Of a stretch of 63,962 nucleotides of DNA, positions 1 to 15,852 are shown piece by piece. Made by a program: the position numbers and the translations under genes. Each line of letters starts with the position of its first letter. The stretch's first letter is position 1. The DNA is from Octopus bimaculoides. Taxonomy: Eukaryota. The notes beneath the pieces are model-generated. The model did not search any database, was not told where the DNA came from, and saw nothing but the letters and a program-made list of their open reading frames with translations. The DNA is taken from positions 8,230,172-8,294,133 of the forward strand of contig NC_068981.1 in the NCBI RefSeq assembly GCF_001194135.2, given 5' to 3'.

Positions 1-1030
1 TCCTCAAACGCAATTTCTACATACAAGTTACGAATGCAAACGGCATTTGTTCCATCGACCTCAAATTAAGAATTTCTTGAACGTTTAGATATTATCCCTC
101 CATCATTAATAATCTTTTTGTTAAAACGTTCCAGAATTTTTAACTGACTTTTACAAAATAAATGCCGTTTCGATTTGGAGAATGCGAATCAATTTTTTCC
201 TGTTCTCTCTCGGAGAAACCCAGCATTTCCAAGAATTTATGCAAACTTCCTTCTAGACTGCCCAGTATCCGATGATAAATAAAAATCTATAGTCAAGATT
301 TGTATTTTCTGCATTAGTTCTCCATAGATGTCTTTTCCTACATTCACATCTGAGTCTGTTGAGCATGCAACGGGTTGGTGTTTCATTGAAATATTCCACT
401 AATATTCCTTACATTTAAAGCTATATTCTGGTGCTCATATACTTTTGGTATAACAGTCCATACAATCCTTCCAACTGAAGAAGCCTTTTTATATACTCTT
501 GGTAACAAAGCGATGTGTTGTGAAAAAATAATACTTTCCGGACATCTTTGAACAACTGATGGTGACGTGGAGCACAATCGATACATTCTATCACAACGCA
601 CAAGTCTGGATGCCTCATAATCTCTCTTATTAATCGCGTATTTAGTATCTTATTTCCTGTTCCTGGACAGTCAAAGTATAACCTTTTGAGCGAGAGGACG
701 TTACCCTTGCTGTCAATGTTGGTATTCCCTACCTTGCAGAAGAGTCCAACCCATATATGACTTCCTGCTTCGAGGACGAGTATTTCATTTCTAAGTTTCT
801 GCTTAAGTAGATTAATCCAGTTCTCTTTGGTTGACATGGAACAACTGTGTACTCAGAGGCAATTATTCGGAAGTTCTTCACCTACGCTTAGAACGCTGGT
901 CGTTTATATTTTCACAACTGAATTCATCCATGATGCCTTCATTTCTCTCTTTATATCCAGTAGGTCTGGTCTGAGTCGTACGATGCAGCACTTCAACACC
1001 ATTTGAACTAATCTCACGAGTCGAACTCCA
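1..1030 (-). pseudogene. Unidentified coding-like sequence (138-aa ORF 421-837 with stop-interrupted extensions); possibly a pseudogene or an exon of a gene off-window
   Basis: Non-repetitive, globular-looking translation; neighbouring frames continue with few stops; no family recognised. Confidence 0.2.
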
Positions 1031-1737
1031 TCTTTTCGTAAGCATGTATGTATGTGCGTATATTTATGAGTGCATGGATGTATGTATTTATATGTTCATG
1101 AGTAAGTATGTGTTAAGGGATACATTCATGTATACATGAATGGCTACTGCTACTTTCTTGTTGTGAAGACAAGTAGCTTTTATCTTTATACAATATACAT
1201 TAAATGAAATCTATATATGTGTGTGTGTGTGTTTTTTTTATATGTGTGTGTGTAAGTGTATTCATATTTCGCTTTATATATGTATAAACGCTATTATTTT
1301 TTAAAAGCAGGAGCAATGCATTTTATATAAAATTAAAGATACAGGTCGATGGTTAGGTACTATTACCTGTTTTTTCAATATTTCAGGGTTAGGAGCCCTG
1401 TTTCAGGTAATTTACGGAGATAAAGGGTTGACAGATGACTTTTCTACTCTGTTATGTATACGAAGCGAAGAAGTTAGCTGTCAGCAAGTTTTTGTTGTTA
1501 ATTTCCTGAAGAAGAGGTCCAACCTCGAGATATTGAAATACCAGGTAATATTAACAACCATCGACTTATCTATATTAATTTTTGTAACTTGCATCGTTTT
1601 GACTTAAAAGCATTAAAAACATTTATATACATTAGACAATATTTCATCAAAACACAATATTTCTCTAATAAATAAGTATATGTATGTATGTGTGTGTAGG
1701 GCATTTATGGACGTACATGTATATACTAACATATGTT

Positions 1738-1812
<75 letters not shown>

Positions 1813-4352
1813 ACGTATATATACATCTATGTAAGTAATGTATGTACATACATATTCATGCAAGCATTTATATATGTGTGTGTGCATGTGTGTATGCCAT
1901 GCACACACATACGCACATAAAACTGTCCGATGTACCAGTCTATATATGGCATTGTCTTCAGGTCATTTACGTTTCCACTTCAATAATTCTGTTAGAGAAT
2001 AGTTCTTGTTTTAGATAATTCCAATAAACTAAAAATCAGACGATTGACTTAGCTGACTGCAAGGGGGAAACTATAGAATGAAATATTCCATAGTTCTACC
2101 GAACAAACTTCTTTAAAACATTTCACACCATTAACAACAGTTGTTGTTGTTGCTGTGGTGGTGGTGGCGGTGGTGATGGTGGTGGTGGTGGTCGTCGTCG
2201 TCGTCGTGTAACTCTTGTTCTACTCTGGTCAAGTGAAAACGTTTGTTCTTTTTCTTTTTCCTGCAAATATCAACTTGCTGTTGTTTAAAATATCCGCCAC
2301 GTCGGCCTCATCGGTCTCGAAGGTCTGGCAAATGCCATCAGAACAGCTTTTTATTCAGGTCCACAGAATTAATATAAAAAAGAAAGAAAACCATTTCAGT
2401 CGTGACCATCTCACCTTTATAGACACGTATCTTTGTAGAGACGTATCATAGAATATGTCATTTAATCATTTAAAGTAGCAGAGTTTCATTTGAAGGACAT
2501 TTGGCTGCTGTTATTAGCTTGTCGAGCCACTGAAAAAAAAGAAATTTCCTGTGCTGAATGTTTTCTGCATTATGTAAATTACAGCTCACAAAAGTTATTT
2601 GTAATCTTTTTATTTTTATAAATAAAGCAATATTTATTGAACAATTGAATTTATTGTTCAGTGAAGGATTCTTTATATTTTGCTGACGAATTTAGTAACA
2701 CTGAAACACCTCCATTGTTATCATTGTCTCCTGTGGTCAGATTATCTTCCTTTTATTTGATGAGTCTCTGATAATTACCGCTAGATATTTGTTTTTCTAT
2801 CTCCAACTGAGAGAGGGACATTTCACCTCATTTGGAATGCTTTATCCAGGTCATTTATTTCGTCCATGCATATTTGATTCCTTTGATATTAATTTAGGAT
2901 GTCTTCTGGTAAAACGAACATTTGAGGCCTCGAATCAGTTTTTATTTCCCAATTGAGATCGTTTCTGTTGCAGACCTCAAATAACTGCAAGCATTTCAAT
3001 GACGTCACTATAAATGTTGAGAAGAGGACCTCAACAGATGTACATGGCCTTTGTCCATTGTACTATGTATGACATGATTGATTGGAATACAACCTTTCGA
3101 GGAATAGCAATAGATTAAAAACAATCGCACTTATGCGTCCTGAAATAAAGGGTACACTGAGTAAGATATTCCGTCGCATACAAAAAAAGACAGATACATA
3201 GGGTTGCATTGCCTTTGACCAAGGGTCGGCTTGATCAGATTAAACCCGGGGTTAAACAAAAACAACAGCCCTTAATTGTCAAGACGTACCTCTACCCTAC
3301 GATACAGACCAGTCCTCTCTCTGGGTACCATTGTATGTCGTGCTTACTACAATACCGTAGCCTGTAGAAGAACGCATGACCAACATATGATGGCTAAAGT
3401 TAATATAACTTGGCAGCCGTTATTACAGAGATTTTCTTCTCCATCAACAACACACACCTCTACTTTCTTCACTAAAATTGCCACAGAGCAAGAGTATGTA
3501 CAACGTAGTTATTCTTTATACCTTAATCACTGATTACTCTCCTTAATTTCTCTTCGATTAATCAATTGATCACTTCTAATTGATTGACTGTTTTCTCTCT
3601 TTCATCCCTCTGAAGACATCACGCCATCAACTTCTGATCCGGTATAAGTCTTTTAGTCAGTCTCCCAGCATCAAAAGAAGGCTTTTGGTTGAAGATTGTG
3701 ACCAGCCCCCAAAGTAAACAACCCCTCAAGACGTTCCATTTGTTTTCCTTTCTGTTGATATTTAGGGGAAGCAAAAACTATTCTGACACGACACAATTAC
3801 ATGCCACAACGGCTCAAATACACAGCAGGACTCAAAAGAACAACACAGCACACATCGACACAACACCACTGTATCTATCAGAGAACTAAATCTGTACACA
3901 ATAATCCAGCCTAAAGGAACAGCTCAGTGTTTAGTATTACTTTAGTGGCACAACCAAGAGTGGCACTACACATGCATACATACATGCATGCATGCATACA
4001 CACATGCATACATATATGCATACATACATACATACATTCATACATAGATGCATGCATACATACATACATACATATACACATACATACCTACATGAATGCA
4101 TACAAGCATACGTACATGCATACATATGCACATACATACATGAATGTATGTATGCATGCAAGCATACACACGTGCAAGAGTGCATACATGCATACATACA
4201 TGCATACATACATACATACATACATACATACATACATACATACATACATACATAGAATGACAAATCTTTTGCAAATTCGCGATTTGTAATAAATTATATT
4301 TCCATGTATCACTCCCGAAACAACCACCGCCTCCACCACCACCACCACCACT

Positions 4353-4402
<50 letters not shown>

Positions 4403-4614
4403 TATCATCACAACAGCAACAACAACGAGAGGGGTAGCAAGAGAGGGAAAAGGNNNNNNNNNNNNNNNNNNNNNNNNNNNNNNNNNNNNNNNNNNNNNNN
4501 NNNNNNNNNNNNNNNNNNNNNNNNNNNNNNNNNNNNNNNNNNNNNNNNNNNNNNNNNNNNNNNNNNNNNNNNNNNNNNNNNNNNNNNNNNNNNNNNNGCT
4601 GCTGCTGCTGCTAG

Positions 4615-4652
<38 letters not shown>

Positions 4653-6471
4653 GTGCAAAGTCCCAATAATAAAGCTATTTACTCAATGTCATTTATGTTT
4701 TCTACGGATTATATTCACATCAAGCTGCACTGTGCATTTTAATGCACTTGCAATATTTATTGCAGCTGCAACGGACATCATAGTGTTAAGTGGTCGATAC
4801 CTTCTTCTTCTTCTTGTTCTTTTTATTGCTATTTGTTATTCTTTCCTTATTGTTGTTGTTGTTACTGCTGTTGTTGTCGCTACCATTGTCATTCTCATCG
4901 TTGTTCATGTCATTTGTTCCAAACTAAGCCTTCATCAGACCCGGCGTTCCAGCCGTGACCATTCTGTCTTACTCTCAATGTCATGACTACACTAAAGCAG
5001 TAAGGTGTGATTTTAAGGACGGTTTTCGCTGTTATTTCTAAAAAAAATCCCTCTTTAGTTTGTCATTATCGTCTTTGTTAGCGTAAGAAGCTACTATATA
5101 GACCCTAGTATATAACAGGTACTGCATTTTATCAAGTGTAATAGCCAGATTAAAACTTAGAACGTGAAGAGGCGTAACTAAACACCGCAAACTATTGCCT
5201 GCCAATGCATCACCACAAACATTTCCCACAAACATTTCCCACAAACATTTCCCACAAACACTCACCTACAATTCATCACATTAAAGTATCAACTAAGGTG
5301 ACCTTATCCAACCGTTTCTCGTTACAGCATAGAAACATTTTTCGTTGACATATTAATATTGTGCTGACGCTACTTTCCATTTTTTGTTGATCAAACAGAA
5401 GAATAACAAAAACAAACAGCTTGAATCGATTTCCTGCATTCCTTTGGAGGGATGAGACATTTTAGACTTTTCGAAATATTCTTTTCACGCTTTGTACAGT
5501 TTAAAGAAGGCGGCGTGCTGGCAGAAACGTTAGAGCGCCGGACAAAATTCTTAGCAGCATTTTTTCTGACTTTACGTTCTGAGTTCAAATCACAGTGAAG
5601 TCAACTTCGTTTTTCTTCTCTTCGAGCTCGATAAAATAATGTATCAGTCCAGGTTCGATGTAATCAGCTTGTCCCCCTCCCCTCAAAGTTGCTAGCCTTA
5701 AACCCTGTGACAGACCGGTGTCCCATTCAGCGGGGGGAAAGATGTTGTGATCTCGGTTCCGTAGAAGCCACAGAAGACGAGAAATCAGTTTTATGAGTCC
5801 TGGGACTCATCCAAAACAAAAACAGTTTAAAGAATGCAATAATTCTTTGAACTCATATCACAGAATACCAGAATAATTTGCAACGATAATTCATCTGCGA
5901 AATTCGACATTAGTTATTCTAATAAAATAGTTCTTATGCGGGTATTGAAATCTTATTATATTCTCTACCTCTCCACATGGTATAGCTCAATGAGGTCGAA
6001 ACAGCGCCGGGTCTCAAAGTCACCCAACATCCATCGAGTAGGTTGCAAACACACATTGTCTAAAAGAAGTTATTCTCTGGAAATCAAACACAACAGCGAT
6101 TACCATATTTGGGTTCGTATCAGCCAGAACGTATCAAGAACGCTCTGTGCACATGAAGATATATTATCAGTTTGGCAGACAGCACGCATCACCAAATAAA
6201 TTTGTTTGTTGAATCTTATAAACAAGAGCCAAAACTCTTGCTTTGGTTCATTGATTCGGGGTTAGTTTTGAGGGAAGGGACACGACTAGGTCGAAACACC
6301 ACAATGCCTCAAAACCTCTTTATCTCAATGAATTATGCTCTCAACACACATTGTCCGAATAGAGAAGTTGTTCACTGAAGACAAAATACAGCAGCGATTA
6401 GCATATTTACGTTCAAATGTACCGGAACGTATTAAGAATGAATATTTACATCATTGTACTGTCTTAACGTG

Positions 6472-6843
6472 GAGGCGCAATGGCTCAGTGGTTAGGGAAG
6501 CGGACTCGCGGTCATAGGATAGCGGTTTCGATTCCCAGACCGGGCGTTGTGAGTGTTTATTGAGCGAAAACACCTAAAGCTCCACGAGGCTCCGGCAGGG
6601 GATGGTGGCGAACCCTGCTGTACTCTTTCACCACAACTTTCTCTTACTTCCTGTTTCTGTTATACCTGTAATTCAAAGGGTCAGTATTGTCACACTGTGT
6701 CACGCTGAATATTCCCGAGAACGATGTTAAGGGTACACGTGTCTGTGGAGTGCTCAGCCACTTGCACGTTAATTTCACGAGCAGGCTGTTCCGTTGGTCG
6801 GATCAACTGGAACCTTCGCCGTCGTAAGCGACGGAGTGCCAAC
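6472..6843 (+). mobile_element. tRNA-derived SINE family C, full length
   Basis: A box tggctcagtggttagg, B box ggtttcgattccc; tail tcgtaagcgacggagtgccaac. Inverted copies at 7226-7471 and about 44775-44945. Confidence 0.8.
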
Positions 6844-7106
6844 TGTCTAAACACATTTGTACATTCCATATTTTCACATGTGAATATATTCTTTTATCCT
6901 TTTATTCTTTTACTTGTTTCAGTCATTTAAATGTGGCCATGCTGGAGCACCGATTTTAGTTGAACAAATCGACCCTAGGACATTCTTTGTAAGCCTAGGA
7001 CTTATTCTATCGGTCCCTTTTGCCTAACCGCTATGTCACGGGAATGTAAACACACCAGCATCGGTTGTCAAGCGATATTGGGGGTCAAACCCAGACACAT
7101 AAACAT

Positions 7107-7137
<31 letters not shown>

Positions 7138-8375
7138 CATTTATACGACGGGCTTCTTTCAGTTTCCGTCTACATATATGCAAATTTTTCATACATGAAT
7201 ATGTTTCACATATGTTGTTGGCACTCCGTCGCTTACGACGTCGAGGGTTCCAGTTGATCCGATCAACGGAACAGCCTGCTCGTGAAATTAACGCGTAAGT
7301 GGCTGAGCACTCCACAGACACGTGTACCCTTAACGTAGTTCTCGGGGATATTCAGCGTGACACAGTGTGACAAGACTGACCCTTTGAATTACAGGCACAA
7401 CAGAAACAGGAAGTAAGAGTGAGAGAAAGTTGTGGTGGAAAAGTACAGCAGGGTTCGCTACCATCCCCTGCTGTTTCACATATATGTATATATATATATA
7501 TTATACATGTACCTATTTCAGACATATACATATTGTAATAAACACGTATTTCTCCTGCGTACATATTTTCCTCGTGCACATATCCAATTTCCGTGTCTCT
7601 AAACAGTGTAAACATATTCTGCATATGTTTGACAGTCACATCTACCATACTCTATTCCCAGGTCGTTGGCCACCTGGAGTCTTAGACAGAAGACATTGGC
7701 CCAAAGACATTGCACGTGTGATATCGAAACCAGAACCATGAAGATATGAAGCAAGTTTTTCAACTACACAGTGAAGCCCATTCGGGAATAGGGTTTCGTG
7801 ACAGATCATGGCATTTAAAATACAACAGCTTAATCTAAAGGAAGCTTAATCTTTGGTTAGAATAGCTCGGACTAGTTACTTAGAACCGTTCTTATAATGT
7901 TGTCTGGATACGGTTTTAGCAACTGGAAAATGTCATAAATTGGATTTAGCAGGCACTCGATAATAATGCCACAATGGTAAAATGGGAAATTCTTAGCAAC
8001 AATCGAAAGTGTCTGTGATCAAATTTTATACTTTACATAATTCCTTTTCTTTTATTTATTCTCTAGTCTGTCTTGTATTCCATGTTAGTACACACTTTAA
8101 GCCCACATCTATCTGCTTTCCCATCTGTCTCTTTCTCTCTCCCTCTCAATATATTGGTTTCAATTTTTGGAACAAGCAATATCAGAGGAAGATTTCGTTG
8201 ATTATATCGCCCCCAGTGCTCTACGGGTACTTATTTTATCAAAATCCTTGAAAGGCAAAGTGGCGCAACTCACAACGTAAATTTCGAAATTGAACGCATC
8301 CGTTTCCAAGTAAGTTTATATAAATACTCTTGTGTCTGGGGAGAGTCATTCACTTTTGGTGCCTTATAATTTAAC

Positions 8376-8447
<72 letters not shown>

Positions 8448-8548
8448 ACATACATATATATATGTGTATATATATATATATATACACACATACACACACA
8501 TATATAGGTATATATACATATATATATATACACATATATATAGGTAAA

Positions 8549-8581
<33 letters not shown>

Positions 8582-9083
8582 GTATACATATATATATATG
8601 TATATATATACACATATATGTATATATATATATATATATTATTTTGTTTTATATTGTATATTATATTATATATTGTATATTCCATATTCTATACCCCACA
8701 TTGGTTCTGCAGGAATATAAATAAGACCTAAAAAACAGACNNNNNNNNNNNNNNNNNNNNNNNNNNNNNNNNNNNNNNNNNNNNNNNNNNNNNNNNNNNN
8801 NNNNNNNNNNNNNNNNNNNNNNNNNNNNNNNNNNNNNNNNNNNNNNNNNNNNNNNNNNNNNNNNNNNNNNNNNNNNNNNNNNNNNNNNNNNNNNNNNNNN
8901 NNNNNNNNNNNNNNNNNNNNNNNNNNNNNNNNNNNNNNNNNNNNNNNNNNNNNNNNNNNNNNNNNNNNNNNNNNNNNNNNNNNNNNNNNNNNNNNNNNNN
9001 NNNNNNNNNNNNNNNNNNNNNNNNNNNNNNNNNNNNNNNNNNNNNNNNNNNNNNNNNNNNNNNNNNNNNNNNNNNNNNNNNNN

Positions 9084-9146
<63 letters not shown>

Positions 9147-9396
9147 ATCTGCACGACCGCAGTCAAATGACTGAAACAATAATAAAAAATTCTATAAGTT
9201 GTTTCAGTCATTTGACTGTGGCCATGCTAGAGCACCGCCTTTAGTCAAGCAAATTGACCCTAAGACTTATTCTTTGTAAGCCTAGTACTTATTCTATCGG
9301 TTTCACTTGCCGAACCGCTAATTGACCGGATGTAAACACACCAGCATTGGTTGTCAAGTGATGTGATGTTGTGGGGACAAACACAGACACACAAAC

Positions 9397-9427
<31 letters not shown>

Positions 9428-10616
9428 CATATGTATATACGATGGGCTTCTTGCAGTTTCCGTCTACCAAATCCACTCACAAGGCTTTGGTCGGCCCGAG
9501 GCGATAGTAGAAGACACTTGCCCAAAGTGCCACGCATTGGGACTGAACCCGGAACCATGTGGTTGGTAAGCAATCTACTTACCACACAGCCACTCCTGTT
9601 AATGTTTGTTTTTATGTTCGGTTATAATAAAAACCGTTTTACATTAATCTGATGGTTAACTCAATACTTTTATAGAATACAAAATTATTATTTTTAAACA
9701 AGAATATTATTGACAGTGACTTCGAAGTTTTGGCCTGCTAAACCATTATATATCTGGTGGGTGGTGTAATGGCTGGGCGAGATAGCTTCTTCAAATCAAT
9801 GTGGTGAATAAAGTTTCACTTAAGAGATTCTACACAAATCAATTTTATACAGACTTTTATAAAACAAAAGAAAATATGAAATCTCCATAAAAGGCGACAT
9901 AATAACTTGATTCTTTTTACAAATAATTATCCAGATCCAGTCAAATTCAGCCGATACTTAACGATTTAAGTAATCGATTCTCATATTTCTCCATGTTTTT
10001 TTTTTCTTTTTTTAATTTTAATTCTGACAATTCTTTAAAAAGAAATTCCTTTGATGCTTCTCAATTATTTCCTGACAATTCAATCTATTTGCTGTCAAAT
10101 AAAAGTCTATTAAATTGTTACATCAAGAATATAAAGAATATCGCTCTACACTGGGTGGTGCCATTATATATTATTTCTGCAGACATTTACACTTTGTCAA
10201 ACTTGAAATGCTGCAAAAATCTTTTCTTTTTTTTTTCTTTTTTCTAATCAGAGACAATTCTTGAATAGTTTTATTTATTTAGTTATTCAAATATCAGTGA
10301 GATGAGTATTTTCTATCTTTTATCATTTACTCGTTTGTCATTTGCCCGTGGCCATGCTGGGGCACCACCTTGAAGGGGTTTACTCGAGCAAGTCAAATCC
10401 AGTACTTATGCTTAGAATAGAAACGCACACTCACACACACATACACACACACACATACACACACACACACATATGTGTGTATATTTGTGTGTGGCTAAAG
10501 TGTTGCAATCCCGATCGCAAAATCGTGGATCCGATTCCTAAAACCGGCGGTGCGTTGTGTTTTCAAGCAAAGACACTAAATTTCAAGGTTGCCCCAGTCC
10601 ACTCAGCTGTAAACGG

Positions 10617-11450
10617 GTCGCCCTCCGACGGACTGGCATTCTGTTCAGTGGGGAATGTTGGGCCAAAGATGTTGCAGGCAGTGGAAGAACAATTCATGCT
10701 CTGTTGCATCTGAGCCGCTGGCGTTGGAGTGCGCAGTCGTCTGCAAACAGGAAGTCACGCACTGATTCCTCTTTCACCTTGGTCTTGGTCTATAGGTTCT
10801 GAATCTGATCTTCTCGCTGGTTTCGTAGATTTTGCAGAAAGCATCCGACAACATGGCTGAGAACATCGTGCTTAACAGTGTGGTTGCGAGTACAAAGCCC
10901 TACTTGACTCCGTTAGTGACTGGGGATGCAGCGGAAGACTCTTCACTGTCCAGCACCCGAGCAAGTATGCCGTTGTGAAGCTGACACGCTATGCTGGGGA
11001 ATTTATTGAGGCAGCCGAACTTTCCTATGATCTTTCAAAGCCCCTCACGACTGACGATGTCAAAGGCCTTGATTAAGCCTTCAAACATTATGTATAGATT
11101 CTTGCTTTGTTCTTGACACTTCTCCTGAAGTTGGCGTGCTGCAAAGGACATGTCGACTGTCCCACGGCCCTCTCTGAAACCACACTGCTTCTCTTATAGA
11201 TGCCCGTCTTCCATGTGTTGAGTGAGGTGGTTTAGGAGGATTCTTGCGAGTAATTTGCCAGCAATAGCAAGGAGAGAAATTCCTCGGTCGTTGTCACAGG
11301 ACTGTTTGTTTCCCTTTCCCTTGTAGACATGAACAATACAACCATCCTTGAACTCCTGAAAAACAATTTCCTGTAAAGAAGCTGGTGAGCTTTTGTGCCA
11401 AGACTCCCACCCACCTGTAACAGCAGGCTGCTGCCCGCTTTCACGGAATC
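10617..11450 (-). mobile_element. RTE (BovB-like) LINE reverse transcriptase fragment, decayed
   Basis: - strand: IVHVYKGKGNKQSCDNDRGISLLAIAGKLLARILLN, QCGFREGRGTVDM, RQLQEKCQEQ, KAFD, DFLFADDCAL; with stops and frameshifts. Confidence 0.9.
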
Positions 11451-11477
11451 TACCAGAACAAACAAGACCAAAGAAGT

Positions 11478-12940
11478 AAAACGATAATAATGAGCTTGAA
11501 TGTCTATTACGTACTGTGAAAGCATTCAGTGATGAATTTAGTTTTGATAAATGTGCCAAGGCCACTTTCCAGAAAGGGGAGTTGAAGACCTCACATTCAG
11601 TGGTGTTAGATGTTGACGGAGTTATAAAAGGACTTGAGAAGGAACAAACTTACGAATACCTCGGTATAAATGAGAGCATTCAGCATGAAAAAGAAGATCA
11701 GAAAAGGAATGTTACAGGAGAGTTCGAGCAGTCCTAAAATCTGAGTTAGATGCACGTATTAAGGTGTTAACCATGAATTCCTTAGCCATTCCAGTTTATA
11801 GTTTCAACGTATTTAACTGGAATATCAGCGAAATAAGAAAGATTGACAGGAAAATCCGTAAGCTGCTGACTTGCAATAAGATGCACCACCCAAAAGCAGA
11901 CGCAGATCTTCTTTAACTTCACAGAGTTCCAAGGAGGTCAAGGCTTGATCCAATTTGAAATCTCTTACAAAACCACCACAATTGGACTGGTAAAATATCT
12001 TGAAACATCTAACGACTGGATACTAAAACACGTTGAAAATCGTGTGGGACGTAAGACGCTTCATTCTGTTATGAAGGAGACCAAAAGATTTGTTAGTGAG
12101 TTTATGCATAAACACCCAGGTTGAACAGCATGATGGAAGTGCAGCAATTGTAGTTGCAAAGGTGAAATCAGTAGCAAAGCAAAATGCATTTGAACAATTG
12201 GCTGATAGGTGGGAACAAAAATCTCTGCATGGCAAATATGTGGCCCGTAGCAAACAAGCTGATGTAGACCAGACGCACATCTATCAGTGGCGACGGAGCT
12301 CAGGGCTAAAGGCAGAGAGTGAAGTCTTTATCTTGGTTGCCCAAGATCAGAGCTTATTGACACGGAACTATCAAGCCAATGTGATCAAAAATGGTATAGA
12401 CACAGCAACGACGGGATAGAAACAGTGGACCACCTAATCTCTGGATGTAAGGTTTTAGCTCCTGTAGAGTACAAATCAAGACATGACGGAGTTGGCCAAT
12501 ATCTACACTGGATAATGTGTCGGCGTTATGAAATCAAAACTGCTGACAAATAGTACAAACACCCCCACCCCCGAGACTGTAACTGAGTGAGAAAATGTAA
12601 CTATTCTTTGGGACTTCCCAGTATGTCAGACCGGACCATCAAAGCAAATAAACCAGATATTGTTGTAAGTCTGTTTGTTGATTGATATGAGCATACCCTG
12701 TGACCTTAATATCTCGGCAAAAGAATTTGATAAGCTCAGAAAACAACGATTTGCTAATCGAAAAGATTTGGCATCGGAAGACGGTTACAATACCAGTGGT
12801 TGTAGGAACACTTGGAATGGTCAAAAGAGGAACTGAAAATTATTTAACAATAATTCCTGTCTTTCCATCCATGCAGGAAGTACAAAAGATTGTCTCAACT
12901 GGTACGTCACGTGTATTGAGAAAAACATTGTCGCTGTGAA
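11478..12940 (+). mobile_element. 3' half of a non-LTR retrotransposon with a restriction-like endonuclease (R4/Dong-like), copy 1
   Basis: NELECLLRTVKAFSDEFSFDKCAK, TYEYLGINE, GLKAESEVFILVAQDQSLLTRNY, ETVDHLISGC, SRHDGV, KPDI, IPVVVGTLG; frameshifted. Confidence 0.85.
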
Positions 12941-13074
12941 TTTTCGTTCCTTTATTTTCTTTGCTTTCTTTTCTTCATTTTTCTTTTCCTTCTTTCCTTT
13001 TTCTCTCTCTTTTCTCCCTTCTTTTTTCTATCACATGACTTTGTAAATGAACAATCTGATGCGTTTATTTTAAT

Positions 13075-14510
<1,436 letters not shown>

Positions 14511-14836
14511 AGATTGTGATAGTTGTAGTAATAATAAATTTGTACCGTATTTACTATATAGATGATCCTGTGCAAATGAATACATACAAATGTGCGTATA
14601 CATTTTACTCTTATGTCCCTATTTGTGTGCGTATATATATGTGCGTGTGTGCCTGTGTGTGTGTCTGTGTGTGTATGTGTGTGTGTGAATGTGTATGTGC
14701 ATTTGTATGTATGTGTATGTATGTATCTGCGTTTGTGTGTAAATATATTTATGGATTTGTTAGTATATGTATGTGTATGTATATGTGTATTTTTATATGC
14801 AATATGTGTAAATACGCGTATGTGTGCGTGTGTGTG

Positions 14837-14867
<31 letters not shown>

Positions 14868-15532
14868 ATGAATGTATAAATACATATATATATGTGTATG
14901 AATGTATAAATATATATATATGTGTGTGTGTGTGTGTGTCTGAACTATAAGTATGATTGCATTGTGTATGCTGTTATGTTGCTATGTACATAGATGTTTT
15001 CCAATTTAACCATACTTAGACTGGCAGGTGTATTTCAATAATATTATTTCAAATGCCAACATACTATCTTGATTATTAATTATAGATCGATACAAAATAT
15101 ATTGCTTCTATACTAATAGACATTATTAAACAGAAATATACAGCGCACTTAGCTAGACGGGTATGTATGAATACACTTACAACTCCCCTCTCCTTGTGTT
15201 TTCCGGCTAATTTTAAATGTAGATGCTGAAATTAAGATTTAATATAGGTGTTTATATTTTAGTTTTTAAATTGCATTACATTTCGAGTATTGAGAGATAT
15301 ACATCAGCCACAGGCAATTCAGAGTTAGAAGTATACAGTAGATAGAATAAAATTACTTTCGGGAAACTTTAAACTTATATATATTCAATCACTTTTTACT
15401 TCACCATAACAGCCTTTAAAAGTCAGTCTAAATAAATAACTCTATAGAATTACACCTACATTCACACACACGCAAATACACACACACACACACACATAAC
15501 ACACACATAAACACATGCACATATTCATATTG

Positions 15533-15852
15533 TAAGGCGGCGAGCTGGCAGAATCGTTAGCACGCCGGGCGAAATGCTTAGCGGTATTTCGTCTGCCACT
15601 GCGTTCTGAGTTCAAATTCCGCCGAGGTCGACTTTGCCTTTCATCCTTTCGGGGTCGATATAATCGACTTAATCCGTTTGTCTGTCCTTGTTTGTCCCCT
15701 CTGTGTGCAGCCCCTTGTGGGCAGTAAAGAAATAGAAATAGAAATAGGTATTTCGTCTGTCTTTACGTTCTGAGTTTAAATTCCGCCGAGGTCGACTTTG
15801 CCTTTCATCTTTTCGGGGTCGATAAATTAAGTACCAGTTGTGTACTTAATCT
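15533..15852 (+). mobile_element. tRNA-derived SINE family A, with a partial tandem duplication
   Basis: gctggcagaatcgttagc (A box), gagttcaaattcc (B box), core gactttgcctttcatcctttcggggtcgataaattaagtaccag. Other copies near 5512-5700, 16347-16465, 25107-25210, 50685-50882(-), 51535-51745, 55990-56175, 56575-56690. Confidence 0.82.

Noticed and set aside
5208-5262. 13-bp tandem repeat (atttcccacaaac) x about 4
   Set aside because: Ordinary short minisatellite with no associated structure
6472-6545. tRNA gene candidates at SINE heads (also 10490, 15540, 50104)
   Set aside because: A/B boxes are present, but there is no full cloverleaf and the sequence continues into SINE bodies
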